Shown piece by piece: positions 41,891 to 54,005 of a DNA stretch of 64,000 bases. The stretch lies in contig NC_043008.1 in the NCBI RefSeq assembly GCF_006345805.1, forward strand, positions 42,532,001 to 42,596,000, in the 5' to 3' direction. The notes beneath the pieces were generated by a model, which saw only the letters and a program-made list of their open reading frames with translations, had not been told where the DNA came from and did no database searches. The DNA comes from Octopus sinensis (Eukaryota). Within the stretch, counting starts at the first letter, position 1; each line of letters begins with the position of its first letter. A program made the position numbers and the translations under genes.

Positions 41891-42952
41891 TAGAAAAGGA
41901 CAGTACTGCTTCCACTTCACGGATTTTCACTTATCACGTGGGGTGGGGTGAGGGTGGAACACAACACCCGCAATAGTCGAGGGATTGCTGTATATATGAG
42001 TGTACGTGCGCTTGTGCACCTTGCTGTGGGTGTGTCTGGGTGAGAGAGTGCAAACAAATAAGTGCTTAAATATGAGATTGCGTATATGACGAGAGTTAGA
42101 GGGGGAAAGAGAGACAGAGAAAGAGAGATAGAGAGGGATAGGAAGACTGAGAAAGAGAGGAAATGGGTGTGAGCGTGTGCGTGATTACGTTGGTTGTTGT
42201 GAGTGTACGTGGGCAGTTTGTGTTTATTCTTATATGTGGATATGTGCAGGAGTTTGTGCGTGTACATGTGTGTGCGTATGTGTGTATAGCAGTGGGTGGA
42301 GTAGAGGGGAATAAATACATGCGTGTGTATATCTGTGCATGTGCATGCGTGTGTATATGTGTGTATGTGTGTGTGTGTTCATGAGATGGCTAAGCATATT
42401 TGTGTGTACGTGTGTCTCTGAGAGTATGTCTACAGAAGGTTACATACATACTCAGATACATACATACATACATGCATACGTACATACATACACACAAGAA
42501 CACACACACACACATATATATATATATACATACAAGCACACATATACGTGTGTATGTGCGTATGAGTACGTGAGAGTCAGTAAAATCGTGTTCGTGTGTG
42601 CGCGGGCGCATGTGTATTTGAAAAGTAATATGAATCGAGGTGGTTTGTGGGTAGGTTATGAAGTAAAGCGGGTGGCTGCTGTGGGTTTGGGGGGTTGGAG
42701 CGGTTGTCAATATCAATAGAAAGAGAGAAGTAACACTTGTAATAATACCAATTGTTATTGATGGTTTAATGGTTAATATGGAGGCTGAGAGCATCGAGTA
42801 AGATCTGGGTGAGGGTGGAGTGGGGTGGAAAGGAACGGTATGGTGTTGGGGATGAGGGAAAAAGCGGAGGTGGTGGGAGTTAAAGATGAAAGCGTTAAAA
42901 GAAAAAAAAGAAATAACGTTTTAGGAAACGAAACGGTAATAGATTTGTTCGA

Positions 42953-43017
<65 letters not shown>

Positions 43018-43242
43018 CTGGTGCTAGTGCTTGTGGTGGTGGCAAGAGAGAATGAAGTGGCAATAAAACTGTATCTTGAAGAGTGTTCTGGACAAAATGT
43101 TTATTTCACGGTATCGAACGAAACGTTTAATTAAACGCTCACACACACCCACAAACACACACACACACACACACACTCACGCACACACACACAAGAATGT
43201 AATACATACATATACATACATATAGATATGCTTATATTTATG

Positions 43243-43291
<49 letters not shown>

Positions 43292-43462
43292 ACCTTTGTA
43301 TGCAATATGTGGTTTCATATAATACTTTGGCTTTCACAGAAGGGTCTCCTAGCTGACCACATAGTAATCTAAAGACCCAATCAATGGAATTATGCCGTGA
43401 TAAATACATAAGCCATAAAAAGACAGGAAGACTGGCGAATATATTTATTTAAACATTTGATA

Positions 43463-43785
43463 TCCGTAGGATTACCACGTTTTTTGCAGCCTCCAGCATG
43501 TGATAATAATTTAAGTGTATAATAAATTATTTTACATGCCCGGACTTAAATGCGTGTTAAGCATTTTACATTTCAGTCAACTCTGAAGGTTGAAGCGTTG
43601 CTATAACCATGACGCTGTTATAATCTCAAAAGCTAGGCTTCTATATCTGCATTGATTTGTAAATGTACAATTGTATTGCACAAGGCCAAGCATGCATGTT
43701 GGCGCAGGCAACTAAAATAATATATATTATCCACTGAAATTAGTATTACATGATGAAGGCTTCGAAACGGCGGTAATCCTACAGA
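43463..43785. mobile_element. MITE of ~320 bp with ~45-bp imperfect TIRs and TA flanks (duplicated at 45023-45345)
   Basis: TA|tccgtaggattaccacgtt..gcagcctccagcatgtgata is the imperfect reverse complement of tattacatgatgaaggcttcgaaacggcggtaatcctacaga|TA. Confidence 0.75.
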
Positions 43786-44009
43786 TAGCAAGTAGTTAAC
43801 TAAATACATTCACTACTCCTAACACCTGTATTTTAATGTATGTATGTATTTATGTATGTATGTAAGTATGTATGTATGTGTGTATGGATGGATGGATGGA
43901 TGGATGGATGGATGGATGGATGGATGGATGGATGGATGTCCACATACATATATAAGTGCATATGAGTGTGTGAGTGTGTGTATTAAAATAAAAAAAGAGA
44001 TGTCTGAAG

Positions 44010-44163
44010 AAGCTGATCATGAACAGGAGAGGAAAATATTTAGACTTATAGAAAAATAAAAATATATACAGAAAATATATACAGTACTTTTCTACTTCGC
44101 GGATTTTCACTATCGCGGGGCGTTTTGGAATCTAACATGCGTGATAGTCGACGGATTACTGTA
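44010..44163. mobile_element. Right-end fragment of the same Tigger-like MITE family (duplicated at about 45578-45731)
   Basis: cttcgcggattttcactatcgcgggg..gatagtcgacggattactg|TA matches 41915-41992. Confidence 0.65.
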
Positions 44164-44308
44164 TATGAAAGAGTCTTTTCAGTATATAGTTACTAAGGGC
44201 GACACATCCAATAAAATGAGAGCCATATTGATTTGGAGACGGACAAGGGAGCAAGGGAAATTACTTACAAGAATATAAATAAAGAAGGAGATTTTTAAAA
44301 CCACTTAC

Positions 44309-44475
44309 AATATCCATGATTTGTGTGAGCGTGATGCCAAGATGAACTACTACTGGAGAGGATGCTTTCATCACTGGCCTCACCGAGTTGTCGTAATTAT
44401 CCATCAGTTTGTAGAGTAACCTTTGTTCATCTGTCATAATGATGTCCTTCTCGATCGGTAATCGAGATGTTATCT
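44309..44475 (-). CDS. nAChR alpha subunit, 167-nt N-terminal exon, copy A (downstream copy in the transcript)
   Basis: tttcag|AG ATA ACA...ATC ATG GAT ATT|gtaagt = ITSRLPIEKDIIMTDEQRLLYKLMDNYDNSVRPVMKASSPVVVHLGITLTQIMDI. This has the typical EQRLL...Y...VRPV...V.LGITLTQI.D motif; the phase 0 end fits the 45-nt exon. Confidence 0.92.
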
Positions 44476-44785
44476 CTGAAATGACATGGTGGATGGAATT
44501 AGTTATAATTGGTTGGAGGAATTTAGGTAGCAAATGATTACCGTTAAATTACATTCAAATCAATTACAGAACACATTCATACGGTATAGTGACCCGGCTG
44601 CAAATATACATATACGCATACATACACAAATACATACATACATTCATACATACCCACACAGAACATAAATATACACACATACATATGTATATTTATATTC
44701 ATATATTTGTATCCATATATCTATGTATTATACATACATATATATATATGTGTGTGTGTGTGTATATATGAATATCTATTTATCC

Positions 44786-44851
<66 letters not shown>

Positions 44852-45876
44852 ACCTTTGTATGCAATATGTGGTTTCATATAATACTTTGGCTTTCACAGA
44901 AGGGTCTCCTAGCTGACCACATAGTAATCTAAAGACCCAATCAATGGAATTATGCCGTGATAAATACATAAGCCATAAAAAGACAGGAAGACTGGCGAAT
45001 ATATTTATTTAAACATTTGATATCCGTAGGATTACCACGTTTTTTGCAGCCTCCAGCATGTGATAATAATTTAAGTGTATAATAAATTATTTTACATGCC
45101 CGGACTTAAATGCGTGTTAAGCATTTTACATTTCAGTCAACTCTGAAGGTTGAAGCGTTGCTATAACCATGACGCTGTTATAATCTCAAAAGCTAGGCTT
45201 CTATATCTGCATTGATTTGTAAATGTACAATTGTATTGCACAAGGCCAAGCATGCATGTTGGCGCAGGCAACTAAAGTAATGTATATTATCCACTGAAAT
45301 TAGTATTACATGATGAAGGCTTCGAAACGGCGGTAATCCTACAGATAGCAAGTAGTTAACTAAATACATTCACTACTCCTAACACCTGTATTTTAATGTA
45401 TGTATGTATTTATGTATGTATGTAAGTATGTATGTATGTGTGTATGGATGGATGGATGGATGGATGGATGGATGGATGGATGGATGGATGGATGGATGGA
45501 TGGATGTCCACATACATATGTAAGTGCATATGAGTGTGTGAGTGTGTGTATTAAAATAAATAAAGAGATGTCTGAAGAAGCTGATCATGAACAGGAGAGG
45601 AAAATATTTAGACTTATAGAAAAATAAAAATATATACAGAAAATATATACAGTACTTTTCTACTTCGCGGATTTTCACTATCGCGGGACGTTTTGGAACC
45701 TAACATGCGTGATAGTCGACGGATTACTGTATATGAAAGAGTCTTTTCAGTATATAGTTACTAAGGGCGACACATCCAATAAAATGAGAGCCATATTGAT
45801 TTGGAGACGGACAAGGGAGCAAGGGAAAATACTAGCAAGAATATAAATAAAGAAGGAGATTTTTAAAACCACTTAC

Positions 45877-46043
45877 AATATCCATGATTTGTGTGAGCGT
45901 GATGCCAAGATGAACTACTACTGGAGAGGATGCTTTCATCACTGGCCTCACCGAGTTGTCGTAATTATCCATCAGTTTGTAGAGTAACCTTTGTTCATCT
46001 GTCATAATGATGTCCTTCTCGATCGGTAATCGAGATGTTATCT
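45877..46043 (-). CDS. nAChR alpha subunit, 167-nt N-terminal exon, copy B (upstream copy, identical to copy A)
   Basis: Base-for-base identical to 44309-44475 with the same splice sites, offset 1568 nt. Confidence 0.9.
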
Positions 46044-46353
46044 CTGAAATGACATGGTGGATGGAATTAGTTATAATTGGTTGGAGGAATTTAGGTAGCA
46101 AATGATTACCGTTAAATTACATTCAAATCAATTACAGAACACATTCATACGGTATAGTGACCCGGCTGCAAATATACATATACGCATACATACACAAATA
46201 CATACATACATTCATACATACCCACACAGAACATAAATATACACACATACATATGTATATTTATATTCATATATTTGTATCCATATATCTATGTATTATA
46301 CATACATATATATATATGTGTGTGTGTGTGTATATATGAATATCTATTTATCC

Positions 46354-46393
<40 letters not shown>

Positions 46394-46552
46394 ATGTAAT
46401 ATGTGACATCCACGCCACCATCTCTTCACCCAGAGTTTTATCATGTCTACCGAATAATCGTCACATATTACATTTACAGATACCTTCCTCTATTTACATA
46501 ATATCGAGGTCTCTTTCTTTCTTTTGTTATCAAACCGTTTTTATCAATATAT

Positions 46553-48060
46553 ATATAGTCATCCCATAAAAAATTAGGTTCTTTTATACCTCTTTTTTTT
46601 TCAAATGTAAACAAAGTTCTATTCTAATCTAAAATATACTCTCCTTCATTTTCTACAGTGCTCTTCCATCTATTTGCTATACTTGTAACGCCCCTCTTTC
46701 AAAATTCACTTGTCCATGGCGAAAAATACCTCGTCTACAGAATTTATATTGTTTGCCGTCCAAATGATTTTGAAGACTGCGGAATAAATGATAATCGGAT
46801 GGGGTAATGTCCGGGGAATGGGGAATGGAAGCACTCCGTAGGTTACGACGACGAGGGTTCCGGTTGATCCGAATCAACGGAACAGCCTGCTCGTGAAATT
46901 AACGCGTAAGTGGCGGAGCACTCCACAGACACGTGTACCCTTAACGCAGTTCTCGGGGATATTCAGTGTGACACAGAGAGTGACAAGGCCGGCCCCTTGA
47001 AATACAGGTACAACAGAAACAGGAAGTAAGAGTGAGAGAAAGTTGTGGTGAAAGAGTACAGCAGGGATCACCACCATCCCCTGCCGGAGCGTCGTGGAGC
47101 TTTTAGGTGTTTTCGCTCAATAAACACTCACAACGCCCGGTCTGGGAATCGAAAATGTCCGGGGAATATAATAGGTGTGGCATCGTTTCCCATTCAAACT
47201 GCTTCAGCTTTTCGAATGTGATCGAGCATTATCCTGATGGAAGAACACCTTTCGACTTGAAGCCAAAGATGGTCGATTTTCTTCTAGCGCTGTCTTAAGC
47301 CGCTCAAGCTGCTTGCAGTAGATCTCTTTTGCTATCGTTTGATTTGGATTTAAATGTTCAATGTGGACTAAACCTTTCATACCCTACTAAACAGATAACA
47401 ACACCTTACGTGGGTGAAGAATTTCTTCAGCCTGGGGTGCCGGTGTTTTCCCTTTCCCTACCCAATGTCTTCGGCGCTTGACATGTTTATAGAGAATCCA
47501 TTTCTAGTCACCAGTCACTATTCAATTCAAAAAAGGTTCATTTGTGAGACGTGACAGCAAAGAAGAGCATACATTCACACTCTGCGCGCGATTAGAAGTT
47601 CGTGAGGAACCCATTGATTAAATTAGCTGACTTTTGCGATGGTACACAGGTGTGGATGAATGGTTGAATGACCAAATCCAACCGTCTCTGCTAATTCCTC
47701 GAACTCAACAAATCTTCAAAGACGAATATCGTCTCTTAGGCTGTAGTTTTTGTTTTGGAATTTCTGGAACCAGTGTTCCAGAAATATATTGCATTAATAT
47801 TCCTCGCACTTTCCGGTGCATTGTTGCCTTTATTGAATTCATAAAGCAAAATATGATCCTTTGTCATTTCTATTATAGCTTTGTAAAAATAACCGTTAGA
47901 ATCGAACTGCACTCTTCAAATCTTGCACTACGAATAAGTGAATATGGTAAATTGACTAACTGCTTTTATAACAAGTTGATGCCAGAAGCTTATCTTGTCC
48001 CCATCCGACTTTTAGTTTATGCAATTGAAAAGACCGCATTATTTATGGGATGAACCAATA
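46553..48060 (-). mobile_element. Near full-length defective mariner (DD34D) transposon interrupted by a SINE
   Basis: Minus-strand motifs HILLYEFNKGNNA, WVPHEL, IVTGD*KW, LHPRKVLL, FHQDNAR and HSPDITPSDYHLFRSLQNHL, with stops and frameshifts. Inverted termini gtcatcccataaa (46558) and tttatgggatgaaccaata (48042-48060). Confidence 0.92.
46820..47153 (-). mobile_element. SINE family C, 5'-truncated, inserted in the mariner with a 14-bp target site duplication
   Basis: aatgtccggggaat at 46806-46819 and 47154-47167 flanks the reverse complement of the family C body. Confidence 0.93.
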
Positions 48061-49139
48061 TATATGTACGGAAATGTAGATCGAAATATAGAGATAGAGT
48101 TTGAAAGAAAGAAAGAACGAAAGAAAGAAAGAAAGAAATAGAGAAGAGTTCATTTTTATCTTTATGATGTATTTGGATTTCTTGGCGATTTGGCCGTTAT
48201 TTCTTTGCAGCGCTTTCTCCTTTGATCCTCTGCAATGTCCGGAAATATATTGATAGAGAATGCAAAATGACATTCGTTTGTAACACGTCTGCTCAGTTCC
48301 AACAGATAACTTTTTGACAGTCGTTCTTTAGTGCAACTGAAATATATTTTCTGATATGAATTCGAATCCTAGAAATCTACAAAGCACGGATTCGAAGAAA
48401 GTTTGTCGACAGACAAAGTACACTTGATGACATTTATAGAATTCGTGATGCATAAGTGAATAGAAATTTATATATGAAACCAGGAATATTAATCAATCAG
48501 ACAAAAAGAACTGATTAGAACCAACAAAGAAATAAACAAAAGACATATATTTAAAAGAAAAAAAAAAACATATGAGAATGGAAAATTGGAAAGAAATATT
48601 ATTACGTGCATCGTTGTCACGAGAATTGTGGTTAGAGCAGAAGAGAAAATATAAGCTTGGTTGATCATATGACAAAAATATCAAAGTATATAACACCATA
48701 AACTGTGCTTTACTATGTACATAATAACCGAGTGGAAAGAAAAATAGATATCATTAAATTGTAATTTTAGTTTGGCCAAAAAACTGTCAACGACACAGGC
48801 GAGAGAAAGCCGTATTTTATTTACATCGGAGCGCTGTAAGCGACAGAATGGCGGATATTTATTTGACTGGTGGATATTAGAAATGCGGTACATAAAAAAA
48901 AGTTTCCTTTTGTTTTCAGGAAGATTCCGGCTTTTATAATAACCATTACACAAGAATTCGTCGTAAACTCCTTCAATAAACATCGTTATGATCAGCTTAA
49001 AAACTTTGCCTCAATAATGTGAGTAATAGCAGTCGTAGTGGTAACTGCGATGGTGGTAGAAGCAGACTTTCCAGTGAAGCAAAAAATATGTTTTGGCTTC
49101 TTTCATTGTTCTTTTTCACAGATTCCTAACATCCATCGA

Positions 49140-49660
49140 TTTCAAATTTTGACACGAGGCCAGCAGATCTGGGAGAGAAGCTAAGTCGACTACATCGACC
49201 TCAGTGGGACTTATTTAATCGACCCCGAAAGTATGAAAAGTAAAGTTGACCCAGACGGCATATGAACTCAGAAGGTAAAGACGGACGGACAAAATAGCCT
49301 CAAGCATTTTATTCGGTGTCCCTAACAATTTTGCCGTTTCCAGATTGCTAATATTAAGCTATCGATGGTATCTCCTGACAGAATTGATAAAGTCTGTTAT
49401 TTAGGTAAGGTATGTAGTTAATTTAGTCGATCCCTGTATGGGTCTTCTCTTTATTCTGCCGTTCTGTGAAGACTAAAACATGCAAAATTAATAAAATCTA
49501 TGAAGTAATGACAGTCAGCTTTTGCGTTCTGGGTTCAAATTCCGCTGCGGTCGACTTTACCGTTCATCCTTCGAATTCGATAAAATAATTAATAGCCGAG
49601 CATAGGTTCGACGAAGTCCGTTTACCCCATCCTCCAAACCTACTGGCGTTGTATCAAATT
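49140..49660. mobile_element. Two divergently oriented SINE family B copies (49140-49340 minus, 49515-49660 plus)
   Basis: gaccccgaaagtatgaaaagtaaagttgac on one side; gttctgggttcaaattccgctgcggtcgactttaccgttcatcc on the other. Confidence 0.7.
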
Positions 49661-49671
49661 TAGAAACCATT

Positions 49672-49940
49672 ATTGAGTGAGAGAGCAGCGCATGCCATTC
49701 AAGTGACGCTGGGATACCAATATACGAAGTCCAATATTCCCATCATGACCACCCGTCTGATAAGAGTACGCCAGGCACATGCTTCACAACCATATATGTA
49801 CGACATGGTGACCTCATATCAAGACAAACAGCGGATGATCTTTCAGCTGCTTATGGTTAAGCAACTGGCAAGCAAATCCACGTTATTCAGTAGAATATTA
49901 ACTGTAACCCATTATTTGCGCTAAGACAAAACATATATTC
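49672..49940 (-). mobile_element. Inverted, internally deleted copy of the (AAT)n-tailed repeat family at 28657-29660
   Basis: ttgagtgagagagcagcgcatgccattcaagtgacgctggg..cacaaccatatgt..catggtgacctcatatcaaga is the reverse complement of the family 3' end. Confidence 0.85.
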
Positions 49941-50005
49941 GCATTTCCAATAAGATAAGATCAGAAACCACGGGTGAAATTGCCTGGTATTGAACCAGGA
50001 CATTT

Positions 50006-50275
50006 ATTACTTCGGCCTCGGCGAAGGCGGAGGTAATGTTTTTCAGTCGTGTCGGTTTGATTATTTGTTTGTCCATGGACAAAATATCTCAAGAACCGCT
50101 TAATGGAATCAGATGAAATTCTCAAAGAAGACTTGACCTTGTGACTGACACGAACGGATTTGATTTTGGGATAGATCCAGTACCAGACAAGGATTCTAGA
50201 TCAGTTTTACTGTATTTTTTTTTAGTTCATTTTTGAGAACGGTCGAGTTCGTTTTTAGTATTCTCGTTACTTAAA
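50006..50275 (+). mobile_element. Helentron/DINE-like non-autonomous element (HINE)
   Basis: Starts attacttcggcctcggcgaaggcggaggtaatgtttt, then gtttg-rich repeats, atatctcaagaaccgct..gatgaaatt and gattttggg..gatcc. This is the module order I recognise from DINE/HINE elements; not database-verified. Confidence 0.5.
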
Positions 50276-50810
50276 CACACGCACACGCTTATTAGTTCAG
50301 ATCGTTCCATCCACCCTGAATTACCCGGGATCCCCATTAATAATGAAAATTTAATGATTACCCCCAAACCCACACAACCAATAATTGGTGTTGATAATTC
50401 TACCCTGATTGGCTATCCTACACATTACTTAGTAATTATGATTTCCTTCACCCACACTGACTTGGCTCAATTCTCTAAATAGTTGAAATTGAAAATTTCA
50501 ACACCCCGGATGGTTCGTTATAGAACTTGCCAATTCCTGTTCGATAAATGGTGTCAGTCTTCTGCAGATGAACAACTGGAATGTTTGGAATAAAATGAAC
50601 AACTAAAAGACGAATTTCACCTCTCTGTTGTTTCACTTTATAATAGATTCAATTATTCCAGAACTAAATGGAAATGAAGAACCATTTGTTTGAATTTTGT
50701 CGTTTATGGTTCCAGCAGTGAGACAACGAATCCATTAGCTGCATTATCTGGGGAAACTATTGTTGATTTGAGTGAGTAAACTGCATAAAGTATTTGGCAT
50801 GACGAGAGAA

Positions 50811-51440
50811 AAGGAAAGAAACGGAAAGACGTTTGAGGTGAAAGAGAAAGAAAAAGAAAGAGTGAGAGGAAGATAGATGATTAGTAAAAGATAGAGAAGA
50901 AAAAAACGAGTGAAAGAGTGTTAGATAGAGATGAAAGGGAGAGATAGACGAGATAAAATCCGAAGAACGTGAGAAAATGGTGACGGGAGGAATTGGGTCA
51001 GAAGGGAGAAGGTGAGCTGAATTGAAATTCAGAAAACGATGAAGTTTAGAGATAGAGAAAATGATGAGTTAGGAAATAATAAAGAGTGGTTGTGGGAGAG
51101 AATAGTTTGATGATAAAAGAAAACAGGTGATACGTGAGAGGGAGGTGGAATGGGGAGAAAGAGGCAGAGTGAATGGAAGGTGGGTGAGAGGTGATTGATG
51201 GGGGAGGGATGAAAGAAAGAAACAGAGACAGACCGAGAGAGAGACAGAAAGACAGATAAACAGAAAAGAGAGAAGAAGGAAGTAGAGAGAGTTATAATTG
51301 AATGAATAACAACAGAAGACAAAGAAAATGTGATAGGGATTTAGCGAAGGAAGTAAGGGAGAAGAACTGGAGTGATAGAATCATCAAAACATGAGTGAGA
51401 GAGAGAGAGAGCAAGAGAGAGTAAGAAAACGAAAAGTAGG
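50811..51440. repeat. Purine-rich GA low-complexity tract
   Basis: About 600 nt of gag/aga/gaaa-type purine-skewed sequence without a fixed period. Confidence 0.85.
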
Positions 51441-52439
51441 GGGTAAATAATGAATAAGGAAGGACTAGTAGTCTAGTAGAGATAAACTAAAGTGATAGCA
51501 AAGATGGTCGTGGTGATATTTACGACATCAATGAATGTTGCAATAAATAACATTTCAGAGCTGCAATATTGTGGGAGATATCATCTTGGAGGATATTCCT
51601 TTATAATGTAAATAAGTGAAGAAATATAAGTGCTGACTTTAACCCCACAACGTTGCAGTGAATGGTATAAGTATGATTAGCGCTTCGTTCAGAAGTGTTA
51701 AGCATTTAAAGAATAAAACAGCTCCTCACTAGGAAGATAAATGAGGTGATTGTAATTTCGTTCCAACATGGGAAATATCAGAGATAATTAATTCGGCTGT
51801 TAACCTGTTCTGGCAAAATTTCAATTCGCTAAACAATCCGAAACATCGTAAGAGAATCAATGACGAATCTTCTATTTGGTTATTCGACCGGCTACAAACA
51901 GTAAAGATATTTCCCTCAAATAATTATCTACAGTGAAAAACAAAACAGGGATGAGTACTATAGATATATGTTATGGGGATAATAGTAATAATGGAACACC
52001 CCGTCCACTTGACGAATATGTGTGCTAGTCACTACAAATATGGTGACGTCGAGCAACCGTCAGAGGTAGTCGGTCATAGATAGATAGTCGTGTCTTATTT
52101 GTCTAACTATACTGCTATGCTGAAGTGGGCATTTAACGGTCCGACAGAGGATTACAACAGTGGTGATGAGGAATTAACAAACTCACGAGGATTAAACAAA
52201 CTCATTAAGTGTTACGAATCTCACAAAGGTTTTTTTGTGTGAATTTTACAGGACACAAAATTTGTTGGCCGGTTTGCTCGAGTTGTAAAAACAACTGAAA
52301 GAACAACAAAAAACAACAAATGTTGCAATTGATGAATAGTAAGTCGTCAAAAATTCTGAAAAGATGTTCTCGTCAGATTATGTTGCAATATAAAACCGTA
52401 ATTTAAGTATAAAGTATAATGCAAAATGGTGGTGGAAAA

Positions 52440-52670
52440 TCGTTAACGCATTTTGATCCAAAGCTGGATATATTATTGGCTATATATGCGAGTGATTACG
52501 GTGTAGGAGCCATAAGTCTGCATAAATACGACGATGGGAGTAAAAAGTCTATAGCCCATGCGTCACGATCGTTATTACCAGCTTAAAGGGACTACAGCCA
52601 AATAGAAAAGGAAGCGTTAACAATCGTATCTGGTGTGAAAAAATTCTATATATTTATTCATTGAAGAAGT
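52440..52670 (+). mobile_element. Gypsy LTR-retrotransposon RNase H relic
   Basis: [69 protein letters not shown] (DAS.[13 protein letters not shown] and YSQIEKEAL motifs) with an in-frame stop. Confidence 0.88.
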
Positions 52671-53809
52671 TCCGGTCCATGTTAGTTATTTAACGGATAT
52701 TAGAAACCCTAAACTCAAAGAGACTTGTGAAACTACCATGAACAAGTGCTCACCCCCATCCTCGGCAGACTTTCAATTCACTTCCTAATCAGATAAATAC
52801 ATAAAAACTGTCTGCTCCAGCCTTGCTTGATTAGAAGAGAAAACAGTCGATATTCTTTATTAAGTTGTATTGAAACAACCATTATTAGGAATCTAAAATT
52901 TGCCACAGATAATTTAATTCCGAAGGCACCGATGACGGCAATATTAACCGCCAATGGTTCGTTAATATGTCTTTATAACTAAATCAATCAAGCATTCTTT
53001 ATGATTGCATTCATCTAATTTTGATTTGCTACATATGGAAAACTAATTCTATTTTAAGGAAGAATTTCTTCGGTGTTTAGACATCGAAATATTTACCAAC
53101 CATTTTCGATTTAAATTGCCTAAGATTCTGTTTATCGTTTATAAGAATAACATGTTATAAGTTTCCAATATCTGCTATCATGACTATGCACAATAAAGAG
53201 AACCCTTCCTTATTCTACAAATACAAAGATACCAAAGACGTATCGTTTATTTATTGGTGTTTATTGTATATCTGTTGTGATTTATCTCCTTTTTGGCAGA
53301 CCAGCGAGGGAGCAGTCAGCTGTGTTTCCTTCAAGTTCTACCCAATCACAATTAAGAGGAAGAAACATTCTAAATAATCTGGTTCTGAAGAAACAAAACG
53401 ATGGTCAGAGAAGAAATGTTTTGAGTATATTCTACTCAATCAAGCATATACTGAATTTAAATATGAACGGCCAGGAAACGAAGAACCTCTCTAATCTGTA
53501 AGTCAAATACGTCACCCGTATTCTGTATGATGACTAGCCAACTGTTCATTTCCTTTCACCAAGTCAATTCAATGTTTTGGCATTAGCTACAATTTCGCAA
53601 TAAAATATACGATTATTTATCAAAAGAATGTTGTATTTTCCTGGCGTTTAAGTATTTGTTACCTTAATTGAGCTGTTAAAACCTAATATATCAGTGGATC
53701 GTTCAATTCAAATAATTAAAATAAATATCAAATCTAACATTTTCGATCAATTGGTTTATACTGCTTTTGCACAATTATATCATTATGAAAATATTAGTTT
53801 CAAATTTTG

Positions 53810-54005
53810 TCACATAGACAGCAAGTTTAGGAGAGGGAATAAGTCGATAACGTCGACCCCATTGCTCAACTGGTGCGCATTTTGTTGACCAGACGATGAA
53901 AGGCGAAATCGTCCTGGGCAGTATTTAAATTTAGGACATGAAGACGGACGAAATGCCTCTAAGCATTTTTCTCGACGTGCTAACAATTTTGCCATCTCGC
54001 CACCT
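53810..54005 (-). mobile_element. SINE family B
   Basis: aagtcgataacgtcgacccc..gatgaaaggcgaaatcg..aagacggacgaaatgcctctaagcatttt..gctaacaattttgccatctcgcc. Confidence 0.75.

Larger units (their letters stand above)
41207..41990. mobile_element. Tigger/pogo-like MITE with TA target duplication, containing nested insertions
   Basis: TA|CAGTAATCTCTCG at 41205-41219 and CGAGGGATTGCTG|TA at 41978-41992 are inverted termini. Confidence 0.75.
43243..46389. repeat. Direct tandem duplication of ~1.56 kb containing the 167-nt nAChR exon
   Basis: 43291 tacctttgtatgcaatatgt recurs at 44851. Units run (TA)n to (TA)n, about 43243-44825 and 44795-46389. I count 9 substitutions and an 8-nt (GATG)n length difference between them. 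Confidence 0.97.

Noticed and set aside
43749-43772. catgatgaaggcttcgaaacgg as a hammerhead core
   Set aside because: No stem II pairing and no C3U4; the sequence is explained as the arm of a MITE terminal inverted repeat.
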